NCBI GenBank assembly: GCA_965140785.1 | Contig: OZ223475.1 | Span: 32,001-96,000 of the forward strand | DNA length: 64,000 bases | Source of the DNA: an uncultured Ruficoccus sp. | GTDB lineage: Bacteria > Verrucomicrobiota > Verrucomicrobiia > Opitutales > Cerasicoccaceae | Direction of reading: 5' to 3' | Shown: positions 1 through 8,683 of the stretch, piece after piece | Position numbering within the stretch: the stretch's first letter is position 1 | Layout: each line of letters opens with the position of its first letter | Program-made: the position numbers and the translations under genes | Notes under the pieces: generated by a model | Database searches by the model: none | What the model saw: the letters and a program-made list of their open reading frames with translations, nothing else | What the model was told of the DNA's origin: nothing

Positions 1-193
1 TCCCGGAGATCAGCGAAAGGTAGCGGATGAGTCCGGCATACTCTTTTTGCTGATCGAGGCTCAGCCGTTGAAAGTAGTTCAGCCTCTCCGAGGCCAGATG
101 GGTGATAATTTTATCTGTGTCCGGCTCCGCGCGTACGCTCAGGCAGGCACTCAATAAGACGAGGCTAAGCAGTCGGACAGCGAATTTTGGCAT
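1..193 (-). CDS. Exported hypothetical protein, partial (runs off window start)
   Basis: Hand translation from ATG at 193 gives MPKFAVRLLSLVLLSACLSVRAEPDTDKIITH..., open to base 1, with a signal-peptide-like N-terminus. Confidence 0.55.
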   Translation of the reverse strand, partial: MPKFAVRLLSLVLLSACLSVRAEPDTDKIITHLASERLNYFQRLSLDQQKEYAGLIRYLSLISG

Positions 194-377
194 GGGGGCG
201 TCAGATTGAGATCAGTGTGGAGGGGATAATAAATGCAATCAATATTAACGTCGGGTTCACAATGTTAATCTACCCACGCGGGGCTGACTGGTGGGTTTAT
301 TATCGAGGCTGTCCAGCCATATAAAGAGGAGCTGTTGGTCAGAATCCGGCTACGCCTCCGTGCCCAGGCTCCGGCGG

Positions 378-2522
378 CTACTCGCTGCGCTGATTAAAGA
401 GGCTGCGGTAATTAAAGCTGCGGCTGGCCTCCTGCCACCACGGACTGAGCTGGTGGTCGGGCTGGGACCAGACCTGCTTGTGCAGCCGCACGGTGGATTC
501 GTAGTCGAGCAGCAGGCGCATCTTTTCGGCATTACTGAGCGCCTCGGCCCCTTCGTGGAGGAGCTTATCTTCGAGCTTTTGCAGGGTCTGGCGCACATGC
601 GGATCGGGTTGAGACCTTTCGCGCATGAGCAGGCCGTGCAGGGCGTTGATGTAGGGATCGAGCACAACCCCGAGCAGCCCGATGTCCTCGAAGCGCTCTA
701 CCGAGGCCGGCAACGGCGCCCCCTCCCGCGTGCGCTCGCGCAGGTCGCGAACCTCCTGCGGGGGCTCCGTCTCCTCGGGGGTGAGCAGCAAGCCGCGCTG
801 GCGGAACCATTGGCCGGTGCTTTCGCGGCTGGTGTAGATGGACAGAGGGATGGCCAGGAGCCAGCCCAGCAGAACCGGGCTCATCCACCAGAACAGCATC
901 GGGCTGACCATCCAGGCCAGGATGCCCCACAGCAGGCCGACGGCGAAGTGTCCGCGGTGCGCGGCAAAAGCTTCCCGAAAGGTGGTCCCATCTCCCGAAT
1001 CACGGACCTGGGTGGACCATTTGACCTTTTGCCCGAGCAGGATGGTGATGACGAAGCCGCTGTGAAAGAGCATCATGGACGGGGCGATGACGGTGAAGAA
1101 GAGCACCTCGACGAGGATGGAGGCGGCCGCCTTGAACCAGCCGCCGGAGCCCTTCGCCTCCCGGGAGCGGAACGCCAGCCAAACCAGGGTCATGAGCTTC
1201 GGGCCGAAGATCATGACGGCTGTCAGCCCGAGCAGAATCAGCCCCTGGTCGGCCAGGGACTCGGGCATGAGGGGCAGGCTGCTGTCGCGGACGACCAGCG
1301 TGAGGTCGCTGCCGACCCACTGGTAGGTGGCCAGGGTGGTCAGGCCCAGAAAGAGCAGCCACAGCGGCGAGGCCAGGTAGCCCATGATGCCGTTGATCAT
1401 GTGGATGCGGCTCTGGTTGGGAATCTTGCCGAAGAGCACCAGCCAGATGTGCTGGAGGTTGCCCTGACACCAGCGCCGGTCACGCTTGGCCAGGTCGATC
1501 AGGGTGGGGGGCATTTCCTCGTAGCTGCCCGCCATGTCATAGGCGAGCCAGACCTCAAAGCCCGCCTTGTGCATAAGCACGGCCTCGACAAAGTCGTGGC
1601 TGAGCACACGCCCGCCCAGCGGCTCCACTCCCGGCAGCTCGGGCAGCGTGCAGTATTTCAGGAAGGGCTTGAGGCGGATAATGGCATTGTGGCCCCAGTA
1701 GTTGCCATAGTTCTGCTGCCAGGCATTGAGCCCGGCGCCGGAGAGGTGCCCGTGCACGCGGTTGGTGAACTGCTGTAAGCGTGCCAGCAGGGTGCGCCCG
1801 TTGAGCAGGCCGGGCATGGTTTGGATGATGCCGACCTGCGGGTTGCGCTCCATCATCTCGGTCATGCGCACGATGCACTCGCCGCTCATCAGGCTGTCGG
1901 CGTCAAAGCAGAGCATGGTGTCGTAGGAGCCGGCCCAGCGGCGGCAGAAGTCGGCCACATTACCGGACTTCTGGTTGATGTTATTGCGACGGCGGCGGTA
2001 GAAGAGCTTGCCGTGGGCACCGAGGCGCAGGGCGGTTTCGTTCCAGGCGATCTCCTCCGCGATCCAGTGGTCGGCGTCGGTCGAGTCGCTCAGGACGAAG
2101 ACGTCGTAGTGTTCGATCTGGCCGAGTTGCTGGAGGCGGTGATACACGGTTTCCACCCCGGCGAAGAACCGGTCGGGGTCCTCGTTATAGATCGGAAAGA
2201 TCAGGGCCGTGCGGGTAGAGAGTTCAATCGTGGCCGGGTCCTTGTCCAGGTCGATGGTCCGGCTGATGGCGTGCGGGTCCTGCTTGCGCAGCGAGATGAA
2301 CAGCCCGAAGAGCGGCTGGAGAAAACCGAAGGTGATGTGCGCGAAAAGGATGACGAACAGCACCAGCAGCAGAAACCCCGTGGCGGTGAAGCCGGCCCGA
2401 TTGAGCAGGTCCCAGTAAATGGCGCCGCCCATGATTGTCAGCAGGGTGTGCAGGCCGAAGAATAGCACGCGGGCCCAGGGAGTGGCCGGAGTGGTTGAGG
2501 GCGGTGTTTCGTCGGTGCTCAT
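378..2522 (-). CDS. opgH: Glucans biosynthesis glucosyltransferase OpgH/MdoH (GT2)
   Basis: Motifs FPIYNED, QKSGNVADFCRRW, FDADSLM, YWGHNAIIR, LSHDFVEA, RDRRWCQGNLQH plus multiple TM segments. Next to opgG. Start placed at MSTDE (ATG 2522) inside the 905-aa track ORF. Confidence 0.93.
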   Translation of the reverse strand: MSTDETPPSTTPATPWARVLFFGLHTLLTIMGGAIYWDLLNRAGFTATGFLLLVLFVILFAHITFGFLQPLFGLFISLRKQDPHAISRTIDLDKDPATIELSTRTALIFPIYNEDPDRFFAGVETVYHRLQQLGQIEHYDVFVLSDSTDADHWIAEEIAWNETALRLGAHGKLFYRRRRNNINQKSGNVADFCRRWAGSYDTMLCFDADSLMSGECIVRMTEMMERNPQVGIIQTMPGLLNGRTLLARLQQFTNRVHGHLSGAGLNAWQQNYGNYWGHNAIIRLKPFLKYCTLPELPGVEPLGGRVLSHDFVEAVLMHKAGFEVWLAYDMAGSYEEMPPTLIDLAKRDRRWCQGNLQHIWLVLFGKIPNQSRIHMINGIMGYLASPLWLLFLGLTTLATYQWVGSDLTLVVRDSSLPLMPESLADQGLILLGLTAVMIFGPKLMTLVWLAFRSREAKGSGGWFKAAASILVEVLFFTVIAPSMMLFHSGFVITILLGQKVKWSTQVRDSGDGTTFREAFAAHRGHFAVGLLWGILAWMVSPMLFWWMSPVLLGWLLAIPLSIYTSRESTGQWFRQRGLLLTPEETEPPQEVRDLRERTREGAPLPASVERFEDIGLLGVVLDPYINALHGLLMRERSQPDPHVRQTLQKLEDKLLHEGAEALSNAEKMRLLLDYESTVRLHKQVWSQPDHQLSPWWQEASRSFNYRSLFNQRSE

Positions 2523-3083
2523 CGGGCCAGGGTGATGATGATGGCAATTCCGCCCCACCAGGCAGGCGGAGAAGACGCAGATGCGCAGGATGGAGTTGCT
2601 AAAAATGCGACGCGTGCCTTCAGCCATGTCACTGACGGTTTCAAACTGGATCTGGGGCACCCCGATGGAGGCCCGGTGCATATTCGGCACCCCGATGATG
2701 CGGGCCTCCCTTACCGCCTGCAGCATGGCCGGGTCGAACTCCTGCCCGGAGAGAAAACACTGGGGCCAGCGCTGGATGATGCGGGAGGCCTGGACGATGG
2801 TCAGCATCCGCGCCTCGCTGTAGCCATTGCGGCCTTTCTCGTCTGTGGCATTGTTGAGGCGCCTCAGCCACGCCGACAGGCGACAACGCAAATTGTCCAC
2901 TGCGACGGCTTCCGGCTCCTGGCCGGGAGCAAGTAAAGGCATGGCTTCATGCACAATCTCGTGCGCCAGCTCGTGCCGTACGAAGGAGTTCTCCACCTCG
3001 TAGGCCCGCAGGAGAGAAGCGACTTTACGGTAGGCCCGATCCCAGGCCTGGAGATCCGTGGACGGGTCGTTTAGGGGCGCCAT
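2519..3083 (-). CDS. Hypothetical protein between opgG and opgH with a C-terminal TM helix; fused to opgH in this sequence by a +1 G
   Basis: Removing one base from the C4 run at 2553-2556 gives ...CLVGGIAIIITLAR-stop, with the stop overlapping the opgH start (ATGA). Confidence 0.6.
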
Positions 3084-4570
3084 TGATAGATCCACATTTC
3101 GCTGACCGGCTTGTCCCCGCGCATCAGTTGCAGCTTGAGGTCGGCCATCGGCGTGTCGGGCAGCGCGCGCAGGTCGAAGTGCACACGCAGCCCGGAGGTG
3201 ACGGAATTGTACAGGATTTGCGGCTGCTGGACGATCTCGGTGCCCTCGGCGCTGAGCTTGGCCGTGAGGTCGCGGATTTCCACCGGTTTGAATTTATCCG
3301 GCGCGGTGAAGTCCACCAAAAAGGAAGTGGCCCCGGCGAAGTGCAGGGAGGGGCCGATCCGGGTGGCCTCGACCCGCTCGACATCGCTGTCCGGTTCGAG
3401 GTACTGGAAGTTGAGCCAGTAGGACAGCTCGTACGGCTGGCCCGGCTGGGGCGGATCGGCGGGACGGAAAAAGGCCACGATGTTGTCCACGGTTTCCTGG
3501 TCCTGATGAAACTCGAAGAGCACGACATCGCCCTTGGGCCAGTCGCCCCGGGCCTGAACCCAGGCCGACGGGCGCTTGTCGTAGCGCTCGCCCAGGTCCT
3601 GGTAATTGTCGAAATTCCGGTCGCGCTGGAGCAGGCCGAAGCCGTAGAGCTTTTCCGTGGAGATAGCGGTGAAGTGGTTGCCGGGGTAATTGGTCAGGGG
3701 GCGCCATAGCCAGTTGGAGCCTTCATGGACGATCAGGCCGTCGGAGTCGTGGACCTCCGGTCGCCAGTCGCCGGTTAGCTTGTCGCGGGCCTCGCCGTAC
3801 CAGAACATGCTGGTCAGAGGCGCGAAGTAAATGTCGTCCCGGGCATCCTTGCGACGGAAGACGCGCGCGGTGACTTCTATCTGGGTGCTTTCGCCCGGGG
3901 TGAGAAAGAAGCGGTAAGCCCCGGTCACGCTCGGACCCTCCAACAGGGCCAGTATCTCCAGCGAACGGGCGTCAGGGGTCGGTTTTTTTAGCCAGAAGCG
4001 GCTGAAGCGGGGGAACTCCTCGTTGTCCCCGCCGGTGCCCACGGCGAGCCCGCGGGCCGAGAGCCCGTAGTACTGGTCCCGGCCGAGGGCGCGGAAGTAC
4101 GAGGCCCCCTGGAAAACCAGCACGTCGTCAAAAACATCCGGTTTGTTCAGCGGAGCGCGCACCCGCAGCCCCGCGTAGCCCTGCAAGTCCCAGTCGTCAG
4201 GATTGATGCCGTTGAGGTCGAAGTTGAAAAAGTCCTTCACATACGGAATCTGCTGCGAGTGGGTGTCGCTGTATTCGTAAATCTCTACAGTCTCGGGATA
4301 GATGTACCCGTTGTGGAAGAAATCGATCTGGAAGGGCAGGTTGGCGGTTTTCCAAAGGGCTTTGTCCTTGTTGAAGCGAATCTTGCGGTACTCGTCGAAA
4401 TCGAGCGCGGCCAGTTCCGGCGGCAGTTGGGCCTTCTGGCTCGCATAGGGTTGCGTAGCCAGGTCGCGGGCGATCCCGGTGACATAGTCCAGGTTAATCT
4501 CTCGGCGTTCGAAGGCATGCAGCGGCGCCAGCCCGGAAAGGGCCAACAGAATAATCAGGCTTAACCTCAT
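3071..4570 (-). CDS. opgG: Periplasmic glucan biosynthesis protein OpgG/MdoG
   Basis: Signal peptide; motifs FQGASYFRALG, YGLSARGLA, EEFPRF, RPEVHDSDGL, GFGLLQRDRNF, DNIVAF. Confidence 0.93.
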   Translation of the reverse strand: MRLSLIILLALSGLAPLHAFERREINLDYVTGIARDLATQPYASQKAQLPPELAALDFDEYRKIRFNKDKALWKTANLPFQIDFFHNGYIYPETVEIYEYSDTHSQQIPYVKDFFNFDLNGINPDDWDLQGYAGLRVRAPLNKPDVFDDVLVFQGASYFRALGRDQYYGLSARGLAVGTGGDNEEFPRFSRFWLKKPTPDARSLEILALLEGPSVTGAYRFFLTPGESTQIEVTARVFRRKDARDDIYFAPLTSMFWYGEARDKLTGDWRPEVHDSDGLIVHEGSNWLWRPLTNYPGNHFTAISTEKLYGFGLLQRDRNFDNYQDLGERYDKRPSAWVQARGDWPKGDVVLFEFHQDQETVDNIVAFFRPADPPQPGQPYELSYWLNFQYLEPDSDVERVEATRIGPSLHFAGATSFLVDFTAPDKFKPVEIRDLTAKLSAEGTEIVQQPQILYNSVTSGLRVHFDLRALPDTPMADLKLQLMRGDKPVSEMWIYQWRP

Positions 4571-4691
4571 AGTGGATGTCTGGCAGTTAATGCGCGTGCC
4601 CTGCCAAAGCAATTGATTCATACAAAAAAATCCCGCCCGTGAGGGACGGAAAATATGTTGAATGCAGGACTGATGCCAATCTGTGGGCGTG

Positions 4692-5573
4692 TCAACTCCC
4701 CGTATGGGCCAGAACGAGGTCTCCCAGACAAATCTTGGCCGCCGTTTTGTCGGTCAGGGCTTTGACCACCATTTCACATTTGACCATGAAGAGCAGAAAG
4801 AAGTCCGGCTCGCCGTCGAAGCATTCGGCGTTGGCCTGCCCCTTGGCCAGACGCACGTCGCAACGCTCGATCTGCTCCCAGACCGTCCAGCCGGGAGCCC
4901 CGGGGGCGGGTTTGCCGGGCCCCATCTGGACGACTTCGACCCGCTCCAGTTCCCGGATGCCGACCCCGCTCGGCGTCTTCGGCCAGCGCGTCATTGAGAA
5001 AAAACCTCCCCGCGCACGACGAAGAGAATCTTTTCCAGCTCGAAGCGTGTCAGCAGCTCGGTCAGCAGCAGCCGGTCAAAAACAATTTCTCCGGCGTTGT
5101 CTGCCAGGTAGGCCAGCGTGCGGGCGCCCCGGAGACGCTCGGTCAGCATGGGCAGGTGATTGATGGCGAGGGGCTGGCTCAGGCAACGCTCCAGGGTGGC
5201 CTCCAGATCGAAGGGAACCTGCGGGCCGTAGTCGATGACGTTGCCCGCCACCGCCAGCCGTACTGCGTGCTCGAAGGGGTCGATGATGGCCTTTCCCGGC
5301 TGCTGCCGGAGAGATTCCACCCAGGCGGCGGCCTGGGCGTTGCTCTGGCTCTTGATGTCCCCGTAGGGGTCGGCCTGGCCGGTGATTTCGCGGACGATCT
5401 GCTGCACGGTGCGGGCCAGCTCGACCGGAGACTCGTCCGGGTCGCCACCAAGCAGGTGCCCCCATAATGGCGCGTACGACGAGGTCCTGCTCCTTGTCGC
5501 TCGCCCCGGCCAGCCGGGCGGCCCGCAGGCCTTGCCGGATAAAGCAACTGAAGCAGTCGATCGTTGTTTTCAT
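4692..5573 (-). pseudogene. DUF89/ARMT1-like damage-control phosphatase, split by three +1 frameshifts (probably sequencing errors)
   Basis: Segments MKTTIDCFSCFIRQ, DPYGDIK, AVAGNVIDYG, LADNAGEIVFD, AKGQANAE and FMVKC lie in different frames; the shifts map to homopolymers near 5459-5463, 4999-5004 and 4964-4967. Confidence 0.8.
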
Positions 5574-5605
5574 AAGAGGGAGAAGGGGATCGGGCGTGGG
5601 GAGGC

Positions 5606-5989
5606 TCAGGCGTGATGCTCGTGGTGGCTGTGTTCGCCATGATGGCCGTGGCACAGACCGTCTTCGCTCATGGGGGCGAGGGTATGGGCCTTGTAGGCGG
5701 CGAGGGCTTCGTCCACCGTTTCGCAGTCGGTCCGGAAAACATCGATCCCCATGTCGCGCAGGCGGACAAACGCTCCCTGACCCAGTCCCTGGCAGACTAC
5801 CGCCAGCACGTCGAACCGCGCCAGCGTGTCCACCGGCGTGCAGGCGCCGTGCTCGCAGGCGGTCTTCTCCGCGTAGTGGACGACCTCGCCGCTGTCGGAG
5901 AGGATCAAATGAGCGGGAGCCTGCCCGAAGTGCGGCGAAACCGCGCTCAGCAGACCGTTGTTTTCAAGAACCGGGACGCAGATATTCAT
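5606..5989 (-). CDS. NifB/NifX-family (FeMo-cofactor-binding domain) protein with His-rich tail
   Basis: SPHFGQAP and VCQGLGQGAF motifs; C-terminus CHGHHGEHSHHEHHA. Confidence 0.85.
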   Translation of the reverse strand: MNICVPVLENNGLLSAVSPHFGQAPAHLILSDSGEVVHYAEKTACEHGACTPVDTLARFDVLAVVCQGLGQGAFVRLRDMGIDVFRTDCETVDEALAAYKAHTLAPMSEDGLCHGHHGEHSHHEHHA

Positions 5990-6102
5990 AGTTTTGTACT
6001 TGCTAGAAATGAGCATATACTCATAACTAGGTGATCACTGTTGGTCAAGCGACATTTTCTTATCGTGAGCAATTTCGTCATAAAAATCTCTAACGTCCTC
6101 GC

Positions 6103-6381
6103 ATGCGCCCGAAAAAACACCGCTGCATCCGCTGTGAACTGAAGGAAACGGTCTTCAAGCCGCGCGGTATCCCCACCTGCGAGCTGGAAGTCGTCGCGCT
6201 GGAAGCCGATGAGCTGGAGGCCCTGCGCCTGGCGGATGTGGAGCGGCTTCACCATGAGGAGGCGGGTAGCCGCATGGGGGTCTCCCGGGCGACCTTTGGG
6301 CGCATCCTCGAGTCCGCCCGCGGCAAAGTCGCCCGCGCCCTGCTCAACAACCACGCCATCGAGCTGCGCACGGGTGCGTGA
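6103..6381 (+). CDS. DUF134-family DNA-binding protein
   Basis: FKPRGIP, DELEALRLAD, AGSRMGVSRATFGRILESARGKVARAL. Confidence 0.88.
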   Translation: MRPKKHRCIRCELKETVFKPRGIPTCELEVVALEADELEALRLADVERLHHEEAGSRMGVSRATFGRILESARGKVARALLNNHAIELRTGA

Positions 6382-6450
6382 CCCTTCATACGGTGATAAA
6401 TAAATATAGCGAACCCATTGGGTGGTCTCCCTCTCTTCCTCACGACCCCG

Positions 6451-7065
6451 ATGAAAAAATGGCTAAAAGGCGGATTGTTGTTATTGGCCGTGCTATGTTT
6501 CGCATTTTCCCTGATTACTGGTAGTCACGGGTGCTGGGGGATCGTCGGACGAAGCCAGGCGAAGAGCCTGGCGAGTCTTGTCATGACTTACCGGCTGTCC
6601 AATAACGGGGACCTGCCGCGGTTCTGGCGGGAGCTTTATCTGTATGGCCATGTAAACACACGCCGACAAAAGCCGGAGGACGATCTGACGCGGCGCTACG
6701 CCTGGCTGCCGGAGCGGCCCTCCATCGAGGAGGGGAGGGTGCTTCTGGCTACCGCGCACCCTTTTGAGGAGAACGGATACTTAATGCCGGACGACACTTT
6801 ATGGTGCCATCTCCTTGTTATGGACGAGAAGGGGTTCGTCGACGTGTTGTCGTATCCCGTCGATGAGTACCGGGAGCTTTTAGAACGCAACAATCTGCGT
6901 ATTCCCCCGGCCACGCCTTACAATCCGGATTATTTCGAGCGCGGGGTGCTGAGCGGTTTGGGCCGGCATTGGGTTGAAAACGGCACCAGCCACTCTGGCA
7001 GCGGCGTTGATTTAAAAGCTTACATCGAGAAGCTGCGCCGCGAAAAGCAGGCTGAACCTCGGTAG
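6451..7065 (+). CDS. Hypothetical membrane-anchored protein
   Basis: ORF with an N-terminal hydrophobic segment; no family recognised. Confidence 0.6.
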   Translation: MKKWLKGGLLLLAVLCFAFSLITGSHGCWGIVGRSQAKSLASLVMTYRLSNNGDLPRFWRELYLYGHVNTRRQKPEDDLTRRYAWLPERPSIEEGRVLLATAHPFEENGYLMPDDTLWCHLLVMDEKGFVDVLSYPVDEYRELLERNNLRIPPATPYNPDYFERGVLSGLGRHWVENGTSHSGSGVDLKAYIEKLRREKQAEPR

Positions 7066-7128
7066 AGACCGGCTTTTCGCAAAACCGTCGAGGCAACACC
7101 TCGGCTCAAATAATCCGGATTGTAAGGC
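6915..7128. repeat. 21-bp perfect inverted repeat GCCTTACAATCCGGATTATTT (6915-6935 / 7108-7128)
   Basis: Direct comparison of the two arms; weaker similarity continues beyond them. Confidence 0.85.
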
Positions 7129-7187
7129 CTGCCCGGATGCACTTTCCCCTTGTCGAAGGGGGAGTGGGTGGATTTGGTGGAGGGCTT

Positions 7188-8551
7188 ATGCAATACGTCA
7201 GTACGCGCGGACAAGGCGAAGCGGTCTCCTTCACACCCAGGCGGTCGCCGCCGGGCTGGCCCCGGACGGCGGGCTGTACCTGCCGCGGGAGCTGCCCGAC
7301 CTCTCTGGCAAGCTGGCCGCGTGGGAGTCGCTGAGCTACCCGGAGCTGTGTTTCGAGTTTTTAAAGGCATTCGCGACCGACATGGACGAGGCAGTCCTGC
7401 GCGCCCGGGTCGAGGAGTCCTACCAGTGCTTTACCCACCCGAAAACCGCCCCGCTGGTCGGCCTGAGCGACGACCTCTACGTCCTGGAGCTTTTCCACGG
7501 CCCGACGCTGGCCTTCAAGGACTTCGCCCTCCAGTTGGTGGGCAACCTCTACGAGGAGCAGATTCGCGGCAGCGGGGAGCACATCAACGTGCTCGGGGCC
7601 ACCTCCGGCGATACCGGATCAGCCGCCATCCACGGCCTGCTGGGCAAGGACGGGGTCAACATTTTCATCCTCTACCCGGACGGGCGCGTCTCCCCCTTGC
7701 AGGAGCGGCAGATGACGACCACCGGCGCCGACAACGTCTTTCCGCTGGCGATCACGGGCAGCTTCGACGACGCCCAGCACATCGTGAAGGAGCTGTTCGG
7801 CGATCTCGACCTCAAGCGCCAGTACCGGCTCTCGGCCATCAACTCGATCAATCTGGCCCGCATCCTCGCCCAGTGCGTGTACTACTTCTACGCGTATTTC
7901 CAGCTCCCGCCGGAGCGGCGCGAGGCGGTCGAGTTTATTGTGCCCACTGGGAACTTCGGCAACATCCTGGCCGGCTGGCTGGCCAAGGGCATGGGCCTGC
8001 CCGCCTCCTCCTTCCGCGTGGCCACGAACCAGAACGACATACTCTACCGGCTTTTCACCAGCGGCCTCTACGAGGTGGACGAGGTCGTTCCGAGCCTGGC
8101 TCCGTCGATGGACATCCAGGTCGCCTCGAACTTCGAGCGCTTCCTCTACTACCTGGAGGGGCGCGACCCCGAAAAGGTCCGCGCCGTCATGAGCGCGTTC
8201 AAGGACACCGGGCGGCACCAGTTCGAGAATTTCAACGCCGACGTCTTTACCGCCTCGCGCACGACCGATGCCGGCATCCGCGAGGTCATCGCCGACGTTT
8301 ATAAAAAATACGGCTACGTCGTCGATCCGCACACCGCCTGCGGCTTCGTCGAACGCGACCCGGCCAAGACCGCGATCGTCCTCGCCACCGCGCACCCGGC
8401 CAAGTTCCCCGACACCATCACCGAGGCGATCGGGATCGAGCCGACCGCGCCCGCCCTGGAGGCGATCAAGCAGAAGCAGATCGTCAAACACCGGCTCCCC
8501 GCCGACGAGGACGCCGTGCGCGCCTTCATCGAGGAGCATGCGCAGGTCTGA
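7188..8551 (+). CDS. thrC: Threonine synthase, with an apparent frameshift near 7231-7240
   Basis: MQYVSTRG, then GLAPDGGLYLP in another frame; LELFHGPTLAFKDFA, ATSGDTGSAA, NSINLARI, VPTGNFGN, PSMDIQVASNFER, DPHTA, ATAHPAKF. Confidence 0.93.
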
Positions 8552-8683
8552 GGAATACAGCCACTCGGTTAAGGTCATGCAGTTCAAAGAACGAGGTTGT
8601 CAGTCTTTTTTGGAGGGAGAAGCCAAAAGCGGCACAGACGCGCGCCGTAAATCCGCGGGTTGAAATTACCCGGTGCTTACTCC

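Noticed and set aside
291..1778. 495-aa plus-strand ORF
   Set aside because: Antisense shadow of opgH, as expected in high-GC DNA
378..3095. Novel 905-aa OpgH with an internal His run
   Set aside because: The HHHH is the off-frame reading of ATC codons (III); one extra G explains the fusion
5606..5989. Nitrogen fixation cluster
   Set aside because: Only a lone NifX-like domain; no nifHDK or nifEN in the window
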